Shown: positions 29,040 to 42,110 of the stretch, piece after piece | Position numbering within the stretch: position 1 is the stretch's first letter | How the letters are laid out: each line of letters starts with the position of its first letter | From: Lama guanicoe | Taxonomy: Eukaryota | NCBI GenBank assembly: GCA_013239625.1 | Contig: MU053418.1 | Location: forward strand, 124,001 to 188,000 | DNA length: 64,000 nt | Direction of reading: 5' to 3' | Position numbers and translations under genes: made by a program | The notes under the pieces: generated by a model | Told to the model about the DNA's origin: nothing | Seen by the model: the letters and a program-made list of their open reading frames with translations, nothing else | Database searches by the model: none

Positions 29040-30911
29040 TGTAGGTCGTTTTTTTTTTTCCTCTTTCTTCTTTTTGTTCTCTTTTCTTATAGTTTGATGA
29101 CTAGAGAAGGTCGTTTAACATTTGTTGTAAAGCTGGTTTGGTGGTGCTGAGATCTTTTAGCTTTTGTTTATCTGTGAAGCTTTTGATTTCTCCATCAAGT
29201 CTGAACAAGAGCCTTGCTGGATAGAGTATTCTTGGTTGTAAGTTTCCCCCTCTCATCACTAAATATATCGTGCCACTCCCTTCTGGCCTGTAGAGTTTCT
29301 GCTGAAAAATCAGCTGATAACCTTATGGGAGTTCCCTTGTATGTTATTTGTTGCTTTTCTCTTGCTAATTTTAATATTTTCTCCCTACCCTTAATTGTTG
29401 TCAATTTGATGACTATTTGCCTTGGTGTGTTCCTCTTTGGGTTGATCCTGTGTGGTACTCTCTGCGCTTCCTGGACTTGGGTGACTGTTTCCTTTCGCAA
29501 GTTGGGGAAGTTTTCAGTGATCATCTCTCCAAAAATTTTCTCAGGTCTTTCTATCTCTCTTCTCTTTCTGGGACACCTATAATTTGAATATTAGAGTGCT
29601 TCATGTTGTCCCACAGTTCTCTTAAACTATCCTCATTCCTTTTTATTCTTTTTTCTGTTGTTCTGAAGTAGTGATTTCCACTAATCTGTCTTCTAGCTCA
29701 CTGATCTGTTCTGTCTCATTTAGTCTACTATTGGTTCCTTCTAGTGTGTTATTCATTTCAGTGATTTTGTTCTTCAACTCTGTTTGGGTATTCTTTATAT
29801 TTTCCAACTCTTTGCTAAAAACTTCGCTCTGTGTATCTATACTCCTCTTGAGTTCTCTGAACATCTTCACCATCATTAAACTCTTTCTCAGATAAATTGC
29901 TTATCTCCTCTTCACTTATTTCTTCTTCTGGGATTTTAGCTTGTGCCTTGGCCTGGGAGATATTCCTTTGCTGCCTCATATCATCTATCTTTCTATATGT
30001 TTGTGGATTCCTTCCACAGGCTTTGGGATTATTGTTTTCTTATTTCTAGTATCTGCCCCTGGTGGATGAGGCTGAACTAGAGGCTTATGTAGGTTTCCTG
30101 GCAGGAGGAGCCAGTGTCTGCCCACTGCTGGGTGAAGCTTTGTCCTGGACCTCTGGTGGGTACAGCTGTGCCTAGAGGCCTTCATGGCTTAGGAAGTCTG
30201 CTGATGGGTTCCCACCCTGTATGTTGTTTGGCCTGTTTGCAGCTTCCTTACAGGCTGTTGGGTGGGGCTATGTCTTGGTGCTAATGATCCCATCAAGACG
30301 TCAGCCTCCAGGAAAGCTCTTGTAGATGAACACTCCCAAAATGTCCTCCACCAGCTTTTATGTTCCCTGGGCGAGCTGCAGCCGTCCCACACATCCTGAG
30401 AAGACCCTCCAAATCTAGCAGGCAGGCCTGGACCAGGTTCTTATGAAATCACTGCCTCTGACCTTGGACCTGGCGCACACAAGTTTCCATGTAAGCTTCC
30501 CAGATGAATGGAGTCTCCTTTTCCACCAGTCCCATGGGGCTCCCATCACCAAGCCCCACTGGCCTTCAAAACCAGATGTCCTGGGGTCTCTTTCTCTTCC
30601 CAATGCGGGAACCTGAGTTGGGAAGCCTGATGTAGGGCTTAGGGCTCTCACTCCCGTGGGAGGGCCTCTGCAACTTAGCAAATCTTCAGCTTGTGGGTCA
30701 CCCACCTGGGGGGTATGGGGCCCAATTATATCGCAAGCACGACCTTCCTACCATCTTGCCGTGGTTCCTTCTTTATGTTTCCAGTCACAGAAGATCTTTT
30801 TTTGCTAGGTTCCAGTCTTTTTTTTCGATGGTTGTTTAGCATGCAGTCGTGGATTTGAGGTAGTCATAAGGAGAGGTGAGCTCGTGGTCCTACCATTCCG
30901 CCATCTTGACC
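29040..30911 (-). mobile_element. L1 5' UTR plus ORF1 with intact 5' terminus, sense to the ZNF gene
   Basis: Begins GGTCAAGATGGCGG (YY1 site); ORF1 peptides ENFPNLRKET...RINPKRNTPRQIVIKL...ITYKGTPIRLSADFSAETLQARREW (ORF 29195-29524) and coiled-coil ORF 29643-29876. Confidence 0.9.
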
Positions 30912-31422
30912 CAATTTTTCCCAAATTTATTTATAGATTCGCTTCAACTCCAAAGAAAGTCCCAGCAGGTTATTTTGTGAATCCTAACAACATATATGTG
31001 AATGAGAAGTTTCAATAAGAGCCAGGATCCTGCTGAAGAAGAAAAAATGTAGAAGGATGTACAGTACTAAACGTAAAGACCTTTAATCAAATGTGGTACT
31101 GAGACAAAGCAAAGGAACAGACTAGAGTCCAAAAAAAACCAAGACACAGATGTATACATTATGATGACATACATCACACAGAAAACAGTGGGTTAAATCA
31201 TTTTTCAAAAATGATTCTAGATAAATTATATGGGAAAAAAGTAACCTGATGTCTACCACATACAAAAATGAACATCAGTTCCATTAAAGTAGGCATAAAT
31301 GTGAAAGCCAAAATAATAAATATTTTTAAAATTACAAAGGAGATTTTATGACCTTGGAGTAGGAAAATCAATTTTAAACAGGACACAAATAACACAAACA
31401 CTAACAAACTTACTAAATTAAC

Positions 31423-31560
31423 CTAGGAATTGGCTAACTTTTTTATGTAAAGAGCCAGAGAGGAAATATCTTAGGCTTTGAGGGCCCAGTGGTCTCTGTC
31501 ACTTCACTAATCAATTCCACCACTAAAGCCACAGATTATATGTAAACGAATCAGCAGGGA
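31423..31560. mobile_element. MER58A-like hAT-Charlie fragment
   Basis: aactttttatgtaaagagccagagaggaaatatcttaggctttg; similar copies at ~50490-50690 and ~56030-56255. Confidence 0.65.
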
Positions 31561-32193
31561 GGTAATAGGGATAGTGAGAGGGGCACAAGGGAAACTTCAG
31601 GAGGGCTAGTAATGTTCGTTTTAACTTATGTGTTAGTTACATCAGCACTGGATTTGCAATAATTAATTGAGTTCTATACCTAAGATTAGTGGACTTTTCT
31701 ATAAATCTACTACTCATTAGAAATGATTTATAAAAAGTTAAAATACATTTAAATTTGTTGATCCAAGAAGACATCAGAATAGAAACTGAAGCCTGCATAG
31801 AAAAAAAAAAGCACTACATATTGATACTTGGATTCTGCAGCCAAAGTGGTACACAGAGGGAAGTTATATCCTTAAATGCGTATACGTCAAAGCTTTAAAA
31901 TAAACTCAATTTCAACAAAAAAGTTGGAGAAAAAAAAACAGCCTATAAACAAAAATATTTGAAGGAAGGAGTAAAGGTAAAAGTAGATGTTAATGAAAAT
32001 TGTAGGGAATTATCAATGAAAACAAAAGTTGGTTCCTTGAAAGACTGATAAATACACATCTGTGATAAAAATCAGTCCAAAGAAGGGCACAAATGAAAAA
32101 CGGTTAGAAATAAAAAGCAACAGATAAAACATTTTTAAATGATAATACTATGGATAAGTTTATGGAAAAAAATACTGACAAAAGAATTATGCA

Positions 32194-32729
32194 GGAGCAT
32201 CCATGTTGCTGCAAATGGCATTATGTTGTTGGTTTTTATGGCTCCTGGAGAATGTCATTCTAAGTGAAATAAGCCAGAAAGAGAAAGAAAAATACCATAT
32301 GAGATCGCTCATATGTGGAATCTAAAAAACAAAAACAAAAACAAAGCATAAATACAGGACAGAAATAGACTCATAGACAGAAAATCCAGACTTGTGGTTG
32401 CCAGGGGGGTGGAGGGTGGGAAGGGATAGACTGGGATTTCAAAATTGTAGAATAGATAAACATGATTACACTGTATAGCACAGGGAAATATACACAAAAT
32501 GTTATGATAACTCACAGAGAAAAAAATGTGACAATGAGTGTGTATATGTCCATGAATGACTGAAAAATTGTGCTGAACACTGGAATTTGACACAANNNNN
32601 NNNNNNNNNNGACAATGAGTTATGTCCATGAATGACTGAAAAATTGTGCTGAACACTGGAATTTGACACAACATTGTAAAATGATTAAAATCAATAAAAA
32701 ATGTTAAAAAAAGTTTGAAAGCACTAAAA
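32194..32729 (+). mobile_element. Young L1 3' end with 50-bp 5' inversion
   Basis: 14-bp TSD AAAAGAATTATGCA at 32180-32193 and 32730-32743; 32194-32243 is the reverse complement of the L1 sequence immediately preceding the sense part. Confidence 0.9.
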
Positions 32730-33532
32730 AAAAGAATTATGCAAATCATTAACAAGTGGGGCTTGTTTCAGAACACAAAAAATTTGTTATTAAGAAATGT
32801 GGAAATATCTCCCAAAGAATGTTAAGAAGGCATTTGGCAAAATTAAACTCATTTTTAATGCAATAAGACTTACTGGATACTTGGTGAACATGACAAAATC
32901 TACCCAGTCCAAGCCAGCAGCATGCATAAAATGGAGCATGGCGGGCTTTCCTTACTCCCACCTATTCTGTTAGTCCTTTGTCAGGAAGCGTTACCCTTTT
33001 ATCGTGCTCCTTATTTTTTTTACAGATGGACAAAATAAAATTAGATCCTTTGATCACATTATAGACTGGATTAAGGCACTAAAAAAATTTTTTTTAAGTT
33101 TGGTATTTTGAGACAAAATACAAAAAAATTCATTAGGTCCCTGGGGTAAGGAAAACAAGAATGAAAAATAGAAGGCACAAAAGGGTTGTATCACAATATA
33201 ATGTTTCAGGAAATATACCATTAAAAGACAGATGTATAAATGAGAAAAGATAATTAGTAACAATTTATAAAAAAAAAAGATTCCCATTTAAAATACATAA
33301 GGAATGCCTGCAAAACTCAGAAGAAAAACACCTCAAAAGGCGTAAATTTATGAAAGTTGCAAAATCTCAATAATGAGTCACAAAATTAAAGTTCTTCATC
33401 CATTACTCTAGAAATAATTTTTGTATCTGGAGAGCAGGGATGAAAAGTAGTCTTCTAATGAACAACAATGGACCTAGAAAAATCAGAACTCCTCATACCG
33501 TATAACTCAAAAATATTATTCATAGAACTGCA

Positions 33533-33710
33533 GAGCAGTGATTCTTAAATTTAGTGGGTATCAGCACACACAGATTGCTGAGCCTCACCCCTGATTTTCT
33601 CTTTCAGTAGTAGGTTTGAGATAGGGCATGAGAATCTGCATTTCAAACAAGTTTCCACGTGATGCTACTGCTTCTGGTCAAAGAACCTCACTTGGAAAAG
33701 CACTGCTCTA
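33533..33710. mobile_element. MER5A-like hAT-Charlie MITE
   Basis: agagcagtgattcttaaa...gaatctgcatttcaaacaagtttcca...aaaagcactgctctag with inverted termini. Confidence 0.75.
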
Positions 33711-34898
33711 GAGTCTGAATATACACTTGTACTTGTACAGACAGAATGACAAGGATATTCACAGCAGCACTGTTTATCCTACTGAAAAATGGAAATTACC
33801 TAAGTGTCTACCAATAAAATATATATTTAGGATGGGAATACACAGCATTAAAAGGAATAAACTACATATGGATAATCTCAAATAACTGATGCATTGGGGG
33901 GAAATGTGTATCATATATACATTAGAATTTACATATTTTTTAAAAAACATTCAAAACAATGAACAATATTGTTCAGCTATCTACATTTTTTTTTTAGTGT
34001 ACATACAAGGATAAAATGATAAGACTAGGAGAACTTGGAACTAAACTAGGAACTAAACTCTGGGGACCAATGAGGAAAACACTGAGAAAAAGCCATCAGA
34101 AGAATGATATCAGAAGTAGACAAAGGAGGCTTTACAGGAGAGAGTAATCAGTACAATAATGTAACAGCTGTTCAAGGAAGGCAACAATTAAGTCATTGGT
34201 GACCTTTACCTGGATAGATTCTGAAGAGCGGAGAGGAAGAACCAAAACAGAATGCTATAGGATGAAATATGACTGAGAAGCTAAGAAACATTTACCAGAG
34301 AATTTAACTTTGAACTACTTGCTACAGGATTAGTAAGCACAGTTTGGCTAAGATAAAATAGTTTTGTAATAGGCATGCCGGCCATTTACCCCTCTAAACA
34401 TACTAGGTTTTATACCAGAATTAAATAAGACCATCATAAAATTGCCTATTTGAACCATCTCCTGGACCCTTTTACTCACAGGAAGGAATGGTTTGAGGGA
34501 TTCATTTCAGGGCTGTCTCTGAAAAATCACTCCCTATGTTTCCCTACGTTAAGACCAAAAAGGATATCTTCCAGTTAAGTCCTTCTGTCTTGAAAGGAAT
34601 CTGTATCCAAAATATAGTGTCTCCCTTTCCATCATGGTTATCAAAAACATCAGAAACATATTTATAGGTCTACTTAGAAACCCTATATTATGTAATGATA
34701 TGTGCAGGTCAACTTACAAACTCTACATAATGATCAGTATATATCTATAAGCCAATTCAACCTTGCTATTGATCTGTTACTTTATATTTTCTATGAAGTT
34801 CAATTTTTATCTTTTACTAATTTCCCATCTTAACATTTGGACTCTTACAAATCTCACAAAGTCCATTGTTAAATAAAGGAATGAATGAACAGACTTAC

Positions 34899-34913
34899 CT
34901 GGGATTTATTCAT
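34899..34913 (-). CDS. ZNF33B: Coding part (MNKSQ) of the 58-bp initiator exon 34899-34956 of the ZNF33B-like gene
   Basis: Minus strand: ...ccttgtcttctaaaccag|CATATC...GAAAATGAATAAATCCCAG|gtaagt; phase-0 donor; same size and sequence pattern as the paralogous exon 58240-58297. Confidence 0.8.
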
Positions 34914-35779
34914 TTTCTTCTGTTCTTGGAAAAATGTAGACAACACTGAAGATATGCTGGTTTAGAAGACAAGGAGTGGGGTCATGAAAGATCTGGCCTG
35001 CCTGGAAGCTCCTGAATTCTCCTTCCCTATAAAGCTAAACACACCAGTAGATAAGGAAAACTGTAAAAGTCTGTTTGACCTTCAGAAGAGACAGGGAGAT
35101 AGCTGGTGAAAGACCACGTATATAATATGACTAATATAACCATGTAGCTCTTGGGCATAAAATTTTTCAGAGCCAAAATTTGCTTCCAAAGAATTTTTTT
35201 AAACAGTTTAAAATCTCCCTTGGTGTTCACAAAAAACTTTTAAGTGATAAAGTTGGTTAAAACAAGTAACTATATAATGAAGGAACATTAACACTTCACC
35301 ACACCTATTCTAAAAAATACTCAGGACTAAGCTGTTTATCAATATCCCTACTACTGTTACTAAACCTTTGATTAGTGACTCCACAGAAAATTATAAAAAG
35401 CACTGCTTTCAGGAAAGATGCATGTTTTAATTTATCTTTGTTGTCATTTCTCAAAAGGAACTTTTATAAGAAACTTGCTTCTAGTTGTATGAAAAAGTAA
35501 ACTCTGGCTTGGAAGCAGATCTGACTTTCAGTCTTCGACACTAACAAATTGATCATGAACAAGGCACTAATCTTCAGAAACAAAAATAAAGAAAACACAT
35601 TCTATCAAATAAGTCAAAACAGGTAATTCTTGAAGATCCTTCCTGACTGCTAGGGCAAGTAGGACAGAGTAACAACGTGTATCAAGATGAAGTGATGGAC
35701 ATGGGTGGAGAGCAGTTCGGAATCCAACAACGATAAATGGAGAATCAAAGGAATGAAGTCTGTCCAGCGGGCTGAGGTA

Positions 35780-36440
35780 ACTGAATCAACCCCGGCTGGA
35801 GCCTCTTCTTCCCAGACCACCCGCCCCACAACCACCCGTCACTCCCGCGCACAGGTCCTCCCCACTGCACCGCCCCCTCGCCACTGCCTCGGTCCACCCG
35901 TCACGCATGCGCATTATGCCCTCCTCCTGCGGCCTCAAAGGGGACCTCCCAGACCAGACGGCGGCGCCGGCTCAGCTGAGGGGCCAGTCACGTGGGGACT
36001 TCGGCCCCTTTCCCTGACGGAGACGCCCCCTCTCCGCGTCCCGGGGGCCCGCAGAGCTCCTCCCCACCACGGGGTACCGACCTTCTCCCTTCCGCCCCCC
36101 CCCCCATCGGCCCTCCTCCAACCCTCCCAGGCTCACCCGCCGCTCCCTCGTGGTGTGACACTGGCCCCAGAAGAGCTCATTGACTCGGCAGCCCCGGAAC
36201 CGCTTCCCACTCAGGGCCTGAGGGAAACACAAGTAAAAGGCGGAAGTACACAGAGACAGAAGGCGGCACTAGGCATGCGCAGATGGCCCACGCGCAGGGC
36301 CAGACTGTCAGTGCTGAACGTCAGAATTATGTTTCCCTTGCGTCTCCGCGACTAGCGGTTCGGGATTGGCTGGGAGTGCAGCCTTACTGCATGTGGAAAG
36401 TTTGGGGGGCCTGGGATAGTTCCCTAAACAGCGAGAGCCC
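35780..36440 (-). promoter_or_regulatory. CpG-island promoter of the ZNF33B-like gene
   Basis: GC/CpG-rich island in an AT-rich background, ~1 kb upstream of the ATG exon; ETS GGCGGAAGT 36239-36247; NRF1-like GCATGCGCA 36273-36281 and CGCATGCGCA 35904-35913; CCAAT (minus strand) 36365-36369. Confidence 0.85.
36137..36290 (-). other. Putative non-coding exon 1 of the ZNF33B-like KRAB-ZNF gene (5' end approximate)
   Basis: Inside the CpG island; minus-strand donor GCGG|GTGAGC (intron begins 36136); ETS, NRF1-like and CCAAT motifs around its 5' end. Confidence 0.55.
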
Positions 36441-39400
36441 TTCGGGGGCTCCCCAAAGGTGTTGAATTACGGCTGAGTTCTCTGTGCAGCCAGTATGCAA
36501 ATTTAGACACAGAGCTGTCTAGGAGAGGGAACCTGCATGTCAATTTCACTTTTTTCAACTACTTGGAAATAGGTCCCATTAACACAATAAAAGAATAATA
36601 TCTGACAATATTAACGATTCTCTCAGGAATAAAAAGCGGTGGGGGGCGGGGGGACGGACAAGAAAGCTAGTTCATTAAAGCTAGTTCATGAAAGCAATAA
36701 ATGAAAATTGTAGATAAATCATTAATTAGACAATTGAAAAAATAACATCTTCATTTATATAAACATTTTCATTTGTTACATTAAAATTACTTGAATAAAG
36801 GGAGATATGCCCTTTCATGGATAGAAAGTTTCAGTGTTCTTTGACAAAATTCCATTAAGAATTTTTGTATGTAGTTTTTTCTCTTCGATTTGTAATATAC
36901 TGTATACTTTACAAAAGCATTCTCAACTTCACCTGGAAAATAAGTAACAACTAAGTAGTTCTTTAATAATTAAATAACTATTATGTAAAATAAATAATTA
37001 AAAATAAAAATAAATAACAATGAGTCTAAATGAACAACCAGAAAGCATTTCAAAAAGGAGAAAAATGCCTAAGAAATATCACTATGAATAATAATTTCTC
37101 TGTCATTCAAAATAGTTTGGCATCTGTTTCATGGTAACACAGCAGCCGTGATGAAGAATATTTTTTAAATGTAGGATAATAAATGTAGAATTTCAAAACA
37201 ATAACGGAAAAAGTGGAGTACTCCAAACATCAGGTCATTCCCAACAATTTGGAATAAAGTTTGCATCTATAGGTCACATGTAATACAATTCAGATGGATT
37301 CAAGATTTCAAATGTTTAAAGTAAACCACTAAGTCAGTAAAAGAAAATAAACAAATTGAGATGGGAAGTTTTGACACTAAAAAAAGAAACCCAAAAGTTT
37401 AATATGATGTATTTTATTATAGAAAATAACAAACGACTCAGTTCTAGATTTTAAAAGAGTTAAAAGCAAATATACCAGGAAATTATATTTTTACTGTTTG
37501 AAAGAAAAATGTATTAATTAATAAGATCTTTAAATCAACAGAAGGAAAAACTTAAAATGGGCTACAGAACTGAGCAGCAACAGAATAAAAAAGAAAATGC
37601 AAATGAATAATACATGTATGAAAAGGTAAATTATGAGAATTGAAAGAAATGCAAATGTTTAACTAAAAACAGGTAACATATTTATTGAGATTTAACTTTT
37701 TAATTTAAAATTTATATATACACAAAAGTTCACTTTATTTGGTACAGTTTTATGAGTTTTGACAAGTGCATAGATCTTTGTAACCACCACTGCAGTCAAA
37801 CTACGGAACTGTTTCATCACTGCCTAAAAAAATTCCTTTATACTACCCTTTTGAAGTCAAAATATCTCATGACTCTTAACCTCTGGCATCCACTATGTAT
37901 TCTTCATGCCTATAGGTGTGCCTTTTCTAAAAAGTATTTTTACAAATACCTACAGCAAATGTCACATTTAAAGATGAAATATAGAAAGTATCCAACTTAA
38001 AACTAGGACCAAGATAAAGATGCCTGCTAAGTCCAATTTTATTTAACATTTTTCTAAAGTTCTTAGAGTAATAAAGCAAAACAATCATAAGAAAGACAGA
38101 AAGTCCAAATAAAAGTATCCAAAATAAAAGTTTAGAAATTGGATACAGGTTCAATACAACTAATTTCAGAAAATTGGATTATTTAAAGGTACAGCTAATA
38201 ATAGTCTAAAAATATGAACATCTTTACACAGAAACCAACAAAATATAATGAAGGAAAATAAGAAGATACAGATAAATGGAAGGATATAACAAATTCCTGG
38301 ACAGGAAGTCTCAATATTATAAAAATGTCTATTGTCTGTATGCTGATGTACAAATTCATGGCAATCTCAAATAAAATCCCAGTAGGAAATCCATGTAGGA
38401 GAAGGAAGGATATCATGAAAGAGCCAGATAAAAATATCCAAAGGGATGTAGTTTCGGTGACTGCGCTCAGGATTTCAGTGGGAAGCCCATCCATGGGCTT
38501 GTGGGTGTACCTCAATGTGGAATTCCCCATGGGGTCCACAGTCACCACCAACGAACCAAGTGCTAAAACACACCTCCCGTATTTCTGCGGCCAGCTCCTT
38601 GTGCACACTCCCAAGCCCAGTGGCAAGAGCAAGTCTAGAAAACAGAATGCTACCAGAAAAACAGACTAGTGTCTTTGTGCAAGGAAGAAACCACAAACTT
38701 GACCTATAGTGCCATCTTCTGGAAAACAAAAGAGAGGTTTCCATTAGCCAGCTTGGTGAGTGGTAAAAGCCAGAGACATAAAAACTTAAGCATCATTCCA
38801 CAAGAGGGAGTAAGAAGAGTGGAGAAAGTGTAACCATAAAAGTGAAGGGAAACCCTGATATACCAAGACAAATGTATAGTTTAACCCATCTGAAGGAGGG
38901 AAAAACCCAAGGCCTGGGAGAGGACCAACCAAAAAATTAAAGGGAATGGTACTCAATGTTCAGAACCCCAGCTTTTTAAAGGATACTCATATCTCCTTCC
39001 CACCTCCATTGTACTCTTTTCAGCTCTCTGTTCACCTAGCACTTCCAAGCTCCCCAGGAAGTTCTGGGATGGGGATGGGATTTGAATTTAATGAATGGAT
39101 ACCTTGTTCTGTCTCTTCAGAGGCCTTGCAGCCCACCATAATCGACGTTTCCAGGAAGTACTGCATGGTCCCACCTGGCTGTGTCCTCAGTGGCATTTGA
39201 GTTTATACAAAATACAGTCTGAGTTTCTAAGGAACCGTGTGTTCTTAGAGAGTCAGACTTGGCATCCAAGATGAAGGCTCCACTCAAGTGAATTTTTCTC
39301 TCAGACCTAGACCCAAGGCCCAGCACAATAAACAGGAATCCCACCTGGAAGATCACACCCTCTTACCTGAGTTCTCCCTCTCTAGAGATTCAGGGCAGAG

Positions 39401-39619
39401 AGAGAATTCCAGAAAAGAACATGCATATCTTACATTTCCGTGATTGGAATTTATTATTCATCTCAAATAGAGTAAACAAAACCTGGATGATGTCACCACT
39501 AAATGAAACCATCATAGACTATGGCTGTGGAAGGTTTGGTCCTAAGTTCAGAAGAGAAGATGAGCTGGGGCTGGAAGGGTGGACCAGCAGTCTGTGCAGG
39601 AAGTGTCACTTAATTGGAG

Positions 39620-42110
39620 GGGCAGTTCCTCAGTCTTTCCTTATTTTTTACTACCTTGACACTTTTCATGAGTACTTGTCAGTTATTCTGTAGAATGTCC
39701 ATCAATTTGTGTTTGTCTGATGTTTTCTCATGATTAGGATGATGTTGTATGTTTGAGGCAAGAATATCACAGAAGACATGTGCATTTCTCAGAGCATCAT
39801 ATCAAGGGATTCATGATACTGCTATGTGTTATTACTGGAGACATCAACCGCTCTGTTAAAGTGGTGTCTGTCAGGACCCTCTGCTGTAAAGTTACTACTT
39901 TTCCCATTGTAATTAATTAATATCTTGGAGGAGACACTTTGAGGCAATGCAAATATGTCATTTCTCCTCAAATTTAAAGTCTTCTAATACTAACATCTAT
40001 TAATGGATAGTGTCTGCAGCAAACATTGCTGCGCTGTTTGCCTAGTGGTGATTTTCTATTTCCTTCATTTGGATGGCTTTTAAAGATTTAAAATATTTTT
40101 AATTTCAACTTGTAATTTAAAAGAAGCTCACATCACCATCTCAGCCATAAAAACCTCCTATGCACTTACATAAGATTGGAGTTCATTGACAGGATACTAA
40201 CAAATTATAGAGTTTATTTCAGCTTAGTAGCTAAAGTATCATTACCACATGGCAATTAGAAGCATAGTTTACATTTCATTTGGGATGTCAGTTTTTAAAT
40301 GTTATTCCAGGCAACTAATAATTCAGAAATTGTTTTATTTCAACATTTGTGATAATAAATATCAGACTTCATCAAAGTTTATGATGTTAAAAATTGCATA
40401 ACTACAATTATCTTACATAAGACAGTACTCTATTATGTATTCTCCTTATATACATATACGTGCATTTTAAATATATGGTAAGAGAAGACATAGAAGGTTA
40501 TACTCTGAATAGAAATGGTTTTTTCAGGGAAGGCTACCAATGTAGAAGTGGTAGTTCAATGAAACTGTAAATATTCAATGATTTATTTTGTAAGAATTTC
40601 AAACTTTATGAAAGTTGCAAAACAGTGCAAAAAATTCCTATATTCTCCTTACCTAGATTTCCCAACTGTTAACATTTCACTGCATTTGTTTCCTTATCTA
40701 TCTGTCTCTATCCATGCACTCATCTTGTTATCCTCCTATTATCATTATTCTTTTTCTGAACCATTTGAAATCAATCTGTAGATATCATACATTACAATTC
40801 TTAAGTACCCTAGTGTGATTCTCCTAAAACAAGGACACTCTTTCACAAAGCCACCATCTAAACAAATAAGTCAGGAAATCAGCCTTGACAGGACACTACT
40901 GTCCAATCCACAATTCCCATTCAGATCTCAACAATTGTTCTAGCAATGTCCCTTTTCCCTTTCTGGTCCAGGAATCCATCCAGAAACCCACATTACATTT
41001 AATTGTCCATAGTTTTTCTGTCTCCTCCATTCTGGAACAGTTCCTCATATTTTGTTTTTCATGTTTTTGATAGCTTGAAAAAGTACAAGTCTTACGTTCT
41101 GTAGGATGACCCTCAGTCTGGGTCCGTACTGTGTTTCTTCATTATCTGACCTAGGTCATGCTTTCTTGGTAGTAACCACAGAAAAGATATATTGGTGTAT
41201 CACATTAGGGGGCACACCATGTTGACAGTGGTGATATTAGGTTGATCATCTTGTCATTTTGGTGTCTGCCAGGTTTTCCCACCACAATACCACCATTATT
41301 CCTTTTGTAATTGGTATTTGTTGGAGATAAATTTCTGAGATTATGCCAATAACCCCATCATCCACTTACCAATCTTAGTGTTTATTAACAATCTTACCCA
41401 AATTAATCATTACTATAATGTTACCAAACAGTGGTTTCTTATTCCCATCATTCCTCATTTATCTAGTAAGGAAGAGGTTTTCCTTCTCCTCATTTATTTA
41501 TCTTTATATCAATATGGATTCGCAGTTTCCTATTTTATACAATAGATTATATTACATTATTAATATTCATTTTTATGCTCAAATTGTTCCAGATTTGGCC
41601 AATAAGAGCACCTTCAAAATGGCTCCTGTATACTTTTGCTTTGTCTCCCTTATGCCTTGAGAATGCTTTGCTTTCCATCGCAAGATGATAGTTGAGGCTC
41701 AGCTGCCTTCCCAGGTCCAGGTCTGGAATGAACAACTTACTAAGTTCGGCTTCCTTTTAAGTGAAAGATGGTATATAGATACAAAAATCTGGATGCTAAG
41801 CCCTCTCAGCAGAAAGAGCTCGGAAACATATGTACAGAGAACATTCGTACACACACATAATACATACATATGTGTGTATATATATGTTTATTTGTGTGCA
41901 TATATAACATATATACACCTATATCAGTTATACATGTATTTTAAAATCATCAATTCATACCAATACTTCCAACTGCAACTCAATACCTGATGGTTCTGTT
42001 TAGTCTTCTGCCTTTCCATGTTTGTAAATACTTGCTTTCAACAGTGAGAAGCTTGGCTCACATTTTTGATACATTCACCTTTCCCTCAATGTAATCAGTC
42101 TCCTAACCAA
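39620..42110 (-). mobile_element. L1MC-type 3' UTR fragments (copies at ~39620-40070 and ~40580-42110; another at ~43400-43950)
   Basis: Recurrent motif cagttcctca...ttctgtagaatgtcc...tgtttgtctgatgttttctcatgattag. Confidence 0.65.

Noticed and set aside
32530..32672. Direct repeat of ~60 bp around a 15-N gap
   Set aside because: Most likely unmerged overlapping contig ends
34957..35028. Alternative upstream acceptor (ctttatag|, 35027) for the ATG exon
   Set aside because: The 34957 acceptor gives a 58-bp exon matching the paralogue; the longer form has no independent support
35705..36355. 216-aa plus-strand ORF and overlapping ORFs
   Set aside because: Pro/Arg/Ala-rich, no domain; expected from stop-codon scarcity in a CpG island
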